Positions 37,717-49,432 of a DNA stretch of 64,000 nucleotides are shown piece by piece; the stretch's first letter is position 1; the number at the start of each line of letters is the position of its first letter. Source of the stretch: Zygnema circumcarinatum SAG 698-1b (lineage: Eukaryota > Plantae > Zygnematophyceae); contig CM074814.1 of the NCBI GenBank assembly GCA_037447605.1, positions 2,914,001-2,978,000 of the forward strand. Direction: 5' to 3'. The position numbers and the translations under genes are program-made. A model generated the notes under the pieces. The model saw nothing but the letters and a program-made list of their open reading frames with translations. It was not told the origin of the DNA and ran no database searches.

Positions 37717-40700
37717 ATGGATATTGACGGGAAACACGCGGCAGCATCCGAAAGCGAGTCTGCTGACATGGCACAAGGCAGCGATAGCTACTTTACGTCC
37801 CTGTTGACGTCACTCGGCCCGGGCGGTGCAGGCACGCTCTGAGCACTTGCAATGGTCGCACGTGTCTGGGGGCTGACTCTTCCACGTGGCAGTTTCTGGC
37901 GTCCTGTTGGCCTGGGGCTCTTTGAGTGCTTGCGAGAGTGGAGGATGGAGGTGGTGGGGGGTGGCTGCCGCTGTGTGTGACTGTTCGGAGGCTTAGTGTT
38001 GCATGCGTCACCTGTGGTTCAAGCGAGTGAGCATATGGAATGCTGCTGTTTTGATTCCTGCGGCGGTGCGTGTTCTTGTGATGCTCGACGAGCGAATGAT
38101 TTTGCAATTTAAATGGAGTTAGGAGTTTGCTGAATGGGTTAAAAAAATTCAACAAGTGGACGGAGGGAGCTTTTGGCTTGCAACCCTTTGCCTTTTGAGA
38201 TACGCTCGTTTGTTTGGATATTCTTTGCAAGGGCGAAAACCTTTTTTTTGTTGTTCCTTCGCTATATTTTTGCCTTGCCTCAAAACAATTTTACCATGAA
38301 GCTGTTTCAGCGGGCGACTAGTTTTAATAGCTTTTTTTCTGGTTGTCGAATTTCCTTGCTTCTATGTCCGCCGAGAAATTTTTTAGCCGTTGGGCAATCA
38401 TTTGTGTGAGCTTGCATAGGTGACATTTACGGATCTTTTTCTTGCACAGTACTATAATATAGCAGTTGAGTCCTGCTTGCATAAATGCTTGATTCAAGTT
38501 AGAAGAGCAACGCTTGCAGGTTTGTTGTTTGAAAATGCGATTTCCATCGAGTGTCTTTTTGAAACAACGGCAAACGTCCTGTGCTGAATTTATGGTTTAC
38601 TTACCTTTTATTTTTCTATTTCCTTGACCCTTTTACCATTTCATTGTGACAGTTCATCCTAACTTTTCAAGAAATTCACAAAGATTGCAAGCAAAAAATT
38701 GGGAACTGGACATTTTTTTGCCGTTTTCCGCGTGTTTGCCTTTTTGAAAGGCATTCTTGTCTTTATCCCGGATGTCCTTTCCTGGCGAGTATGGCCCTGG
38801 CCTTGACACGTGTCCCGGGGCCGCAGGGAGCCTCGCCCTGCCCGCCCCTCCCCCCGCAGAGGCCCTGCGACTGCGAGACGCTCTCTCCGACCCTCTCACG
38901 TAGGCCTCACCTCGTCACCTCTCTCCCCTCTTTCCCCTCTTTCTCTCAGACCTTGCGTTTTTCGTCCCCTATTTCTCACAGACCTTGCGTTTTTCGTCAC
39001 CTTTCCACGATCTCAGCCCCCTCCCTCGTGGGTCTGTCCCCTATGTCGTTGAGCATGTTGCGTCATGGAGTTATCGCAGAGGGTGTTCTGCTTTCATGAT
39101 AACGTCATTTCTCGTTCAGCGCACCTCTCCTGGTGACCGATCTTTATTTTCCTTACATGCCTTGGACACGGTGAAGGATGGAGGATGCTTGTGCGTGATC
39201 CTTGCAATGAATCAACTGTTTCTTCCATATAGCTTTCATGGTTTCATGGGCTATGCATGTATGCAGGGGTCACTTGATGGATGATGCCATGGTTGGGCGC
39301 TGCGGCCATTCATTCGGCAGTGCAAGTCTTCTACGTGTTCGGGAATTGGTACTGTCCTTTTTGTGTGTTAAAAATCTGAACATTGCTCTCGATCCTTCAG
39401 TGAAGTCTTGTAACTGCAGCAAAAGCACTTGCTATGGTATCGTGTGATAATGCACACTTGTCATCTTGCTTGGGAGGAGCAAGCAAACAAGAGCTGAGAT
39501 TCCTGCCAGAGTGATGTAATGAACGTCGATAGACAGAGCACAGAAGCTACGTGGAAGGGAAACTTCGGATCACCTCTCAGATTGCAAATGCTTGGTTCCG
39601 TAAACGATGAACGATGTTGTTGTGGTTCTTCAGTTGAACCAAGTAGCTTTCTCCAAGCGAGTGTCCCCCTTGCCCGTGATAGTGGTACAACCCAAATCGC
39701 TGCATCGATCCGAGGGCAGTCTGACATCAAATTGCGATCGAAGTGTGGCAGGGCGCCTGCACCGCGTGCGGGAGGGCAGTCGAGTCGAGCCATTTGGTGC
39801 CGAACTTGGCGCTGCGCGCTGCGGTTGCGGCTTTTCGGAGGGAGGAGGAGGGGAAGACTGGTCCGTGGGCTGTTCCATCCAAACCTGCAAAAAGGCGCCG
39901 CGAACATTTGGAGAATTCTGCAGGACCTGGAAGTTATGACACCCCGGAATCAAAGCGCATCCCAAAGGTTTGCATCCTCGTCGTCACCATCAGAGAACTC
40001 GACTGCCAGTCTTTTCGAATTTTATTTTTATGCTGAATTTGTTGTGTATCATTACAACTTTGGAAATGACCCTTGAGTCGTTGTTCGGTCGATCAAGAAT
40101 GTGGACAGTTTTAACATTCGTTTTGGTCGCAACTACAGGATGGGGCGAACTCGTCGGAAGTGCGTAAGCACGATGCTCACGAGACAGAAGGGGTTGATCC
40201 CCCTCGTAGTGCAAGTAAAGGAGGAGTGCAATTCCCGTTTATTGTGAATGATCGAGTTTTAATCAAAGGAAACAAAAGGACTCCAGAACATTTCATTGGC
40301 CGCATCGCGACAATCACTACCCAGTGTCTCAATGGCTGGTACGTCGTGTATCGATAGTAACGTTGTCCACATCTCATACAGAGGAATGATAGATGAGCAG
40401 TGGATGTAAGAGGGGCTCCCCTTTTCCCAATCCCATTAGTCTATCTAGTCAGTGTCCAGTTTTCATTTTCTCTCGCTCTTTTGTTAATTCTGTAGGTACA
40501 TGGTGCGGACACTGGATGAGCCAATTGAAGAGGTCCGTTTGCAGTATCGATCGCTTGAAAAGATAAGTGAGAGTGAAGGTGATGTTGTCCCCCGCCTGCC
40601 GCCATTGGAAGTGCGAACACCTCCGGAGGGCAGCGAGCCGCCGTCGGGGAGTGAGCCCACTCCGAGGGGGGCCCCTGGTGGGAGGAGGGCCGCGGGAGGG

Positions 40701-43700
40701 AGCGGAGGGCAAGCTGACCATGGCGGCGATTGGAGCAAAACACACAGTGAGGGCTTTGCGTGCTTTCATTCATTTCAGTTCTACGTTGTCCGATGGTTTT
40801 GCTCTTGGTCTTGATCGGATCCGTCAGTGAGATGTCTTGAGTGTCGCGCTTTATGTTCTCTCTTCTCTCAGCGTCTGGTCGTCCGTATTGCACCGTTCGT
40901 TCTGTTGAATTACAATCGCTTGTTTGCACATGTAGACCGCGGACCTCGGGCAGGGAGAAGTCGGCCGTCCTCTGTTCGGTTTTCTGACTACGGCAGCTGC
41001 CGCTTGCAAGCGCAGACGAATCCGAGCGTCGAGAATGGGCATGAGCTGTCTGTGGTCCCATTGACTGTGCCAGGTGGCGATGCGGAATTGGTCACAGCAA
41101 GTGAGCGTATGGGCCTTGATGGGGCGATGTTGCAGTCGGAACTGGTAGAGCTGGTTCGGACAAACCTTCTGGTGGAGGAGGAAGGCAGGCAGCAGGTGAA
41201 GAAACCGTGGTGCAAAAATGAAGGAACTAAGGATTCGTCTTGCACCCTAGATATCCATCTCTTGTTCATGTTCTCATCAAACTTCTTTGCCTTGCAAAAA
41301 CATATTGAACATGACATCGTGGTTGTTTGGTTCAATAACTCGCAGTAGGTTGTTTCCTCTCTCATGCATGCGTTGCAGCCTCAGCCGAGCCCTACCTCCT
41401 TTGAGAGTCTTCCCTTGGAGCAGTCGGGGGAAGAGGAGGCCCCCTCCGTGTCGGCGCCGGCGGAGGGGGCACGTGACCTGCCGGGCGCAGAGCGGGAGAG
41501 GGAGAGGGAGGAGAGGGAGAGGAGGGAGAGGGAGGGAGAGGAGAGGGAGAGGGAGGGAGAGGGAGAGGGAGAGGGAGAAGGGAGAGGGAGAGGGAGAGAG
41601 AGGGAGAGGGAGAGAGGGAGAGGGAGAAGGGAGAGGGAGAGGAGGGAGAGGGAGGAGAGGGAGAGGAGAGGAGAGGGAGAGAGAGGGAGAGGGAGGAGAG
41701 GGAGAGGGAGGAGAGGGAGAGGAGAGGAGAGGGAGAGGGAGAGGGAGGGGAGAGGGATAGGTGGCGATCTGGGAGTGGGCCAGGGGGAAGGGGGTGAGGA
41801 TGTCAACATGGACGAGGGGGAAGATATTAAGACAGAACTAGAGGATTGTGGGAGCGGAGAGGAGGAGAGTGGAGATAAAGCTGGTAAGGACAAAGAAAAT
41901 TTTGGCGCAAGGGCATCAAAGTGGATACAGAAGGGAAGGACTAGTAGGATTCCACTGAAGGATCAGCGGCTGGTTCAAGGCAGGAGAGGAAATAGTACAT
42001 GGGGAACGCCGCAGGGACCTGTGAAAGTGATGAAGGAAGAGAACTTGGATATGGAACGCGCATCTTTGAAGGTCAGACGCCGTTCACACGTAAATGCTCC
42101 TCGGCTGAGTGACTGAGCCATGGACACGATGTATTTTTATGCGTCTACTTTCTGTACGGTCCCTTAGCTCTCGCAATTGCTCATTGTCCTCTTTCGTGCA
42201 GACAGAACAGGCGGTGGAGGTGAAAGCTGATCTTGACTCTGTCACTGTCAAGCTGACAAAAGCTGAGCGACTTGAGAGCAGCAGCGGAGGAAGGGCAGGA
42301 AGAGGCCATGGATCTGAGCTGAATGGGGGCAGACGCGGTGGCGGGGAATCCGGGGCGAGGGGCCAAGGCGGCTTCTTAAGACGCTTTGAGTGCGGGCCGC
42401 GGCAACGCGACTGCGAGACAGTGCGGACGCTTCGCAAGCAGATGCTGAGGTGGGACCGCTCGCTACCATGGCGGACCATGGAGGTCACCTCGAGGGCAGC
42501 GCGTTTCAGGTGGAGGAAGGCTGTGGAGGAGAGTGTGAGCCTTGGGGTGAGTCGAAAGCTCATCGCCATCTTCAAGAGGGTCGGTGTTTCTCTGATTTGG
42601 ACGCTTCCACTGATCAATTCTCCATTTCCTTTTGGGGTATTTGGCATCTGCCACAGGATTTGGCAGAGTGCATAGATAAGTTCCGGCCGCTGTTCGTGAC
42701 TGTTGATAAAGAGTGGAGCAGTTCCAACCGGCACTTGCCACTTGCCATTCCCTCGCATCTCGAACCGGGCCACGGGGAAGCCCACCACTTGGTGACAGCC
42801 ATGTGGACGCAGCTGCAGTCTGACGTCGACCAATGGCTGAATGCCAAGCGGAAAAATGAAGAGATAGAGGGGTATTTGCTCCACTCATTGCTTCCAATAA
42901 TGAAGAAACCGTTCACCCTCATTTTCCAAGAACTCACGGAACAAATTGAAATTGGACGCCATGAGTTGTTTCAAAGCTTTTGAATGTGGTTCAGCAATTG
43001 GTGAGATGGAATTGAATTGCTGAAAGCTGTGAATCTCCCTTTCTTCTCGATGCGATCGCGGGCAGGAAGGACATGAGCAGTCGAGAAAGTGCGAGCGACG
43101 AGGAGATGCGGTGCACTACTGCCGACGAGCTTCAGTCGCTGTTCCCATGGCTCGACCGCAGGAGGGCGCTGCGCCCCCCCTCCCGCATCACAGCAGCGGC
43201 AGCTTTGGCCGTTGCCAGCGCTGTTTCGCGTGGGGAGAAACAGCTTCAGGTAACAAGAGCACATCAACATGCAAGCTATTTTGGGCCCACTTGATACGTC
43301 GTTTTTATCTGATTGTATTGAAAGCTGAAGGTTTTGCAAGGGTAATGGGGCCAACCAGGCTTTGATGATGCCCCTGAGGCTGTTGACGAAGCACAACATT
43401 GCTGAATTGAGTGAAATTCGCAAAGCCCTGGAGAGGGAGAAGTCGCACATTGCCGCTCTCCTTGCCGAACTCGATGCGCCTCTCGCTCCGCCTCTTGCTC
43501 CGCCTCTTGCTCCGCCTCTTGCTCCGCCTCTCCCAGAAGTCACAGCTCCGAGGCCCGCCCTGTGGGGGCTGCACGTGGAGGACACGGAGGAGGACGAGGA
43601 GAAGGGCAGAGCGCAGGTGGGGAAGGAGGAAGGGCAGAGCAGGGTGATGCATGAGCTGCATACGGGGAGCTTAGTGAGTGTGAATGACAAAGAGAGCCGC

Positions 43701-44219
43701 GGAAATGCGGGAGAGGAAGAAAGGAGGACAGGAGATCGAGTAGTTGGGGTGAAAGTGGAACTTGAAGATTTTCGGGAGGGCATAGGCTGTGGAAGAGATG
43801 GCGACAGAAATGTGGAGGAGACGAGCGAGAAAGACCTTCGGAACTGCATGCTGGGGAGGGAACAAGGAAGCCAAAAGGAGTGCGCGGTGAGCAGGTTGTC
43901 GGGAGATGAGCAGTTGGGTGAAAAGGAAGAGTCTGAGGTTCTTCTGGATGGTGAGATTAATAGCAAGGAATTGAACGCGCCATGGATGGTTGAAGGTCCA
44001 ATTGGTGATGGGATGGGGACGAGGAAAGCTAAGTGTGTGAAGGTGGGGTGGCATAAGGCTGTGAACGGTACGTTAGAAGACAGAGGAGAGAGTACGGTTC
44101 AAGGGGACACGCGTGAGACGAATACCGTTGAGAAGGGGCCGCCATGGAGGAAGGGAGGTGGCAAACATATGAGGAGCGCGGTTTCTCGTGAGAGGAAGAA
44201 GTCATCGACTTGCACTTGA
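37717..44219 (+). CDS. PUB62/63-like U-box protein with a long C-terminal extension (about 1,100 aa); first exon uncertain
   Basis: The U-box reads ALSDPLTGHLMDDAMVGRCGHSFG...VPNLALRAAVAAF. The PUB62-type domain reads QFPFIVNDRVLIKGNKRTPEHFIGRIATITTQCLNGWYMVRTLD...VRLQYRSL. All downstream exons join in phase to the stop at 44219. Confidence 0.82.
41494..41757 (+). repeat. 264-nt purine-only (GA-rich) tract inside a coding exon, encoding E/R/G low-complexity sequence
   Basis: No C or T on the + strand across the interval; open frame 41364-42116. Confidence 0.85.
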
Positions 44220-44870
44220 GGGCCTCTGCTCCGCCGTTACAGGCTCGCCTTGGTAGTCGTTCCATTCTTTGGAGGGTGTGGAGAGCAGCGACTGGTGCGA
44301 CGGAGTTGAAAAATCCGAGGAACTCCATAGAGAGAGAGGCCGATTCGGTTTTTAAGTGGGGCTGTTTCAGTGGGAACGTGGGAGGTTGATCTGTCGTGCT
44401 ATTGACTGAGGGATGCGCAAACGGTTTATGGGTGACTTTTTTTAAATGGTCATAGATGTGGGCATAATCGACTCTACCTGATCGGGGTCCAGTAGCTTTT
44501 GGGTTTTGATCGCCTAGCTCGATCTTCTTTAACGTTTTCTTATGGGGTAGCATGGCTCGATCTTCGCTCTGTATGGTGAGGACAAAAGAAGCAGACCTTA
44601 TATTTTTTTTACAAGTAGAGAGTATAATATGTCACTCGCGATAGAGCCGAACGGCTTCCCCATTGCTTTGAAATAGCTGTTATAGAGGACGGACATAGTA
44701 GAGGCCCAGTCGAGACTGACTAGCAATAGTGCTTCGTTTCCAGTACATATGTAGGGGAGTGTGACGTTACATGTACGCCGTGTCTTGTGTCGTTTATTCC
44801 AACTGCAACTGCGCGCCGATGCTTGTTCCATGTGCGCATGTCGTCCGTACGAACACCGAAACATGCTGCA

Positions 44871-45346
44871 CAGTACCCTCCCCTAATGTTGTCCACCCTA
44901 GTACTTGAATAACCTAAGAAATTCGCCCTGATTTTGACGAAACCACTTTTAATACCGTAAGTCTGTGTTAATGTATTAGGGGTTGTAACATAACCTAAAT
45001 ATTTTTCAATACAAAATCTGTTAAAAGAAACGACTTTCAAACATGGGTCGCGCTATTCCGTTAGACGGCAAGTACGGATAAAATCTAATAAATTGTACGC
45101 TAAATGTACGGAGCCAATAGGAGCTCGTGTAGTTAAATGTACAGCACCAATAGGAGCTCGCGACAGGCCCCGCCGGGCGGCTAATGCGCCTCCGTACAGA
45201 GAGATACAGTACGGCTGCAGACCAGACTCTAACATAAGACCGCCTTCCTATTGTTAACACGGACTTCCTTATATTTTCAAATTCCAAGATTTTCGCCCAA
45301 TATTTGCTGAAACCATATGGCGAAAATATTAGGAGGGAGAGTACTG
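44871..45346. mobile_element. Degenerate MITE-like element upstream of TGD1
   Basis: CAGTACCCTCCCCTAATGTT matches the reverse complement of the right end, CAGTACTCTCCCTCCTAATATT. A second matching block, AAGTCYGTGTTAA, lies about 80-90 bp inside each end. There is an internal 27-bp imperfect direct repeat (45101, 45134). Confidence 0.45.
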
Positions 45347-45644
45347 AACTGTATAGCCCACTGCCCCATCCGTACGAGTGCTCCGTCCGTACGAGCGCGC
45401 TGTCCGTACGGCCATGGCGGCACCGGACGCGCGGCGCCTGCTCCTGCCCGGCCTCCTCCGCCTCCGCCTCCTCCCCACGCCTCCGCCTCCTGCCCTCGTC
45501 CTCTCCAGTCGTCTCCTCGCTTCACTTGCCTCCTCGTTTTTTTCCTTTTCCTTGCTTCTCCCGACTTCCCATACACTGAATATGTCTGAGCAGAGCCCCT
45601 CAGTTTAAGCCCCTCGTGGCAGGCACTTCGGCTTCACTTCTGCA

Positions 45645-48600
45645 ATGCAGGCTGCCTGCTGCCTCTGGGGCAAGCGTGCTGCCCCTGCAGGGCTTCAGGG
45701 TGCGCTCGCGTCATCCCCCGCGCGCGCAGCGAGGGAGCTGAGACTGCGAGAAAATGGAGCCAGCCCTGCGCACCGCAGAGGACACTCTCTCCTCTTCCCC
45801 AAACTCTACTCCGACAACTCTCGCGGCGGATCTCTGGGGAACATCCCCTATTCCTTGCTGCCAATTGGCACGCCCAGGCGTGTGCGCGTCTCCGAGAAGC
45901 AACGCGCAAGAACGGGGGCTCGAGCCTCTGGGCTTTCTGCAGGAGCCGCTTCCCCTCCCTCTTCGCCTCTGATTGAGGATGGAGCTCCCATGGATGTGCC
46001 CCCTGAGGCGCAGTTCGCGGCTCCCGTCACCTCCTCTCTGATGCCGGCGGAAGTTCTCTTTCGATGGAAGCCTCCTCGTTATGTGTGGCGGGCTCTAGCA
46101 GCCGTTCTCATGGCGGGCCAGGTATGGTGCAACGCCATCAGGGAATAGCTTCTAGGTTTGATTTCTTTTTAGGACACCTTAGGAGACTATTTTGAAAGCA
46201 TAGATGAGCATCAAGGTGAGTATCACGGATGCTTTGTTGTAGTGGACGTATGTGAAGCGGTGTAGTTGACGGTTGCTAAATGCGACTCTCGTGCATACGT
46301 TAGCGGACCGTTGCATTTGCCTATGTTTTGAGGAGGCGTTGGGAGCTTGTTCTTTAAAAGGTGGAAGTAAAATTGTTCTGTGAGGCAGTTCTGAATTTTA
46401 TAGTTCCCTAGCAGCAACTCGTATTTTCCTTCGGGTTTAGAAGGAACCTTTTCTTGCTTCAGATTTGGGCAAGGCTGCAAAAACATTAAGTGCATAGGAT
46501 GTTTAGTGGAAGGGGCGCCACGCTGTCTTGTTTTCCTCGTAGTGGACATTTTCAGTGGTGAGACGCGTCTCGCCATAGAGCCCCGCGTCTCTGAATGGCC
46601 CACACTCATTCGCGTGTGGCCGGAGGAGCCCTCCGCCGGGCGGCAGGTGGTGGCACGCGTCCTCTCCGGCCGCGTGCACGTGCGCAACACGCTGACGCAG
46701 CTGGCGGAGGTGGGGCCAAACTCGCTCGCCGTGAGCCTTCTTACAGCCTGCTTCGTCGGGATGGCCTTCACGATTCAGGTACTGCCGTGTGCAACCTTCT
46801 GTGTTTGCAGAACTAAGCTAGTTAAACGACCCTGCTTGTATACACCTTACGTGCAGACTTGGGCAGAATACGGTTCAGAGGAAGGGAGGGAGGCTATTGT
46901 GATTGACGCCATGAGACTTTCAGCCAGCAGCTTTCTTCTGTTTCAACTTATTTCTGGCCAATTGGTCGCTTTCGTCACTTTTGCTTGCTAGCACATATAC
47001 CATGGTTTAAGCCTTCATCACTGGTGATGAGCCATGTCTTAATCAACTCACTGCAATCTTATCCAAAGGCGTTTCTTTCTTTGACCCCCTGAAAGCCCTG
47101 TTCCTTTTCGTGTGACTTATGCGGTTTGCCCTGCAAATTTCTGCAGTTTGTGCGCGAGTTCACGCGGTTGGGCCTCACGCGATCAGTGGGAGGCGTGCTG
47201 GCCCTCGCCATGTCGCGGGAGCTCTCCCCTGTGGTGACTGCCATCATCATGGCCGGACGGGTTGGGAGTTCGTTCGCAGCTGAACTTGGGACCATGCAGG
47301 TTTGTCCCTCGGCTTCTTAATTCTCAAATTGGAGTTTGCGTGTTGAGTAATCCGGGGAATCAGTGCTTGTAAACACCTCTGATTAGCTTTTTTATAACCA
47401 ATGCTTTTTGGCTACGCCTCACTTTCTATTCTACGTCCAACCCTATCGTCATTAACAGCACCCTTTCCTTGTATGATTCTTTTCTGCATGTTGATGTCAT
47501 TTGATTCAGTTACTTGGTTTCTTAACAGCACCCTTTCCTTGGATGATTATTTTCTGCATGTTGATGTCGTTTGATTCAGTTGTTTGGTTTCATCGCTTGC
47601 CTCAACCGCATGTTGCTCATTGGTGGGTGTGATTGGTTGGTTGGCAGGTCTCGGAGCAGACCGACACCCTGCGCGTGCTGCGGACCGACCCGGTGGACTA
47701 CCTTGTGACCCCGCGCGTGCTCGCGTGCTGCGTGGCGCTGCCCGTCCTCACGCTGCTCTGCTTCACGGTCGGCCTCGCGGCGAGCGTGCTGCTCGCGGAG
47801 GCAGTGTACGGGGTCAGCTCCAACATCATTCTCGACTCGGCAGCGCGGGCACTGCAGGTGGGGGGGGGGGAGGGGAAACTCATTGCCCAGCCGTGCTGAA
47901 TTACGTCCAAAAAGCCGTGGCAGTTATCAGTACAGAATCTATGATCTCCAAATGCAGGAGGTTATCATTAGTAGAATGTTCAGTTTTATGGTTCCAAAGG
48001 TTCATTGCCATGTTCTCTCAGCTTCCGTTTTTCAGACTACATCATGTTTTTGTTCAGTTGGGATTCGCTGCTTGATCGGTGCGTACAACAGTGGGTCTTG
48101 TTTTTTTATGTCAATGGGTTTTTAGGGTTTTCAGTGGTATCCAATGCGTAGACAATGGTGGGCACCTCAGAATTGAAATCACAGTGATGTTGGGGTTGTA
48201 CGTCTCCATTTTAGGTCCAGCTATGTATGGCCTGAAAATAAACCGCTGTAGGTTCCAATTTGCGGTCCAATCATTCACCCGCTCAAAGCAGTAACCTTTT
48301 CTTGTTGACCCTTACTGCGATAAAGTGAAGTTACGTATTTCAGCTGACACAGCCCTTGCTGCAAGAGTCTGGTGCCTCTGTTCAATGCCCTCGTGATCTT
48401 GAAGTGAATGTTGTCTTCTTGTTTCTGTCGGTTTGCAGGCTTGGGATATCTTTAGCATGATGGTGAAGTCTGTCGTCTTCGGCGGCATCATCGCCGGCGT
48501 GAGCTGCTCGTGGGGGACCACCACGTCAGGAGGAGCGAAGGGGGTGGGAGAGTCCACAACGTCAGCAGTTGTAATCTCGCTCGTCCTTGTCTTCATATCC

Positions 48601-48666
48601 GACTTTGCCCTCTCGTGGTGCTTCTTCCAAGGCGCTGGCGATGCCCTCAAGGCTTGCATGGGATAA
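45645..48666 (+). CDS. TGD1: Trigalactosyldiacylglycerol 1, plastid lipid ABC transporter permease (MlaE family)
   Basis: Five exons: transit-like N-terminus, WKPPRYVWRAL, FVGMAFTIQFVREFTRLGL...[51 protein letters not shown] and GGAKGVGESTTSAVV...FFQGAGDALK. Confidence 0.96.
47452..47591 (+). repeat. 70-bp intronic tandem duplication (2 copies)
   Basis: ttaacagcaccctttccttg(t/g)atgatt...gattcagtt..ttggttt repeated with a few substitutions. Confidence 0.85.
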
Positions 48667-49432
48667 ACATGCTCCGTCAACAATGTGGGGGTCGCTGCGA
48701 GCATGCAGCCTATCTCCCGTCCTCGGCATGTTCCTGTGGCGAGGGCCGGCCCTGCAGCCCCTTGGAAATTAGGCTTTGAGGGGAAGGGGAAGGAGGGGCG
48801 GGCCCCCGTGCAGCGCCGACAGCCTTCAACGCGGGGCGGAGACTTGGTCACCATGGACTTGTTTTGAGCGCTTTCATCTAGTCGTTTGCTAGAGAGCGTT
48901 GCCTCTGGCAGTGAGGAATGAACGTGGTGGACTGATGTCAACGTTTCTTTAATTGATCGGCATCTCCTTGAGAGGCGTCTGCCCGTGGAGGAGTGTTTCA
49001 AGAGGGCTGATGCGTTCGGAGAAAGGGAGTGGAAAGGGGCGAGTTAACCGCAGACTGTGCACGTGAGAGTCAAGAACCGCAATGCAAACTTGGGCACGAT
49101 GTGCAACTGCTGGTCGCTGCCCAACGGAGGCAGACGAGGCGGAGTGTGCGGGTTATCCTGAACATACTCACAGTTCGTGCCAAAGGTGCCTTAGTCATGC
49201 CGCTGGCACTCCTGTACACTCTGTTTGAAAAAATGGAACCGAACATAAGGTCCTGCACCTAGTAACTACCTGCTGTTTCTTGATTATCCCTACGAAGGAA
49301 GCTTTTCGTATAATCCCTTGTGCCTACCGGATGCGATTCCTTTATGTCTTCTTCCTACTCTACCCTTGCCTCTTTGAAAAGCAGGAGATCGAGAAGCCCT
49401 TCTGCAAATAGAAATTCGTTTATGCTATGTGC

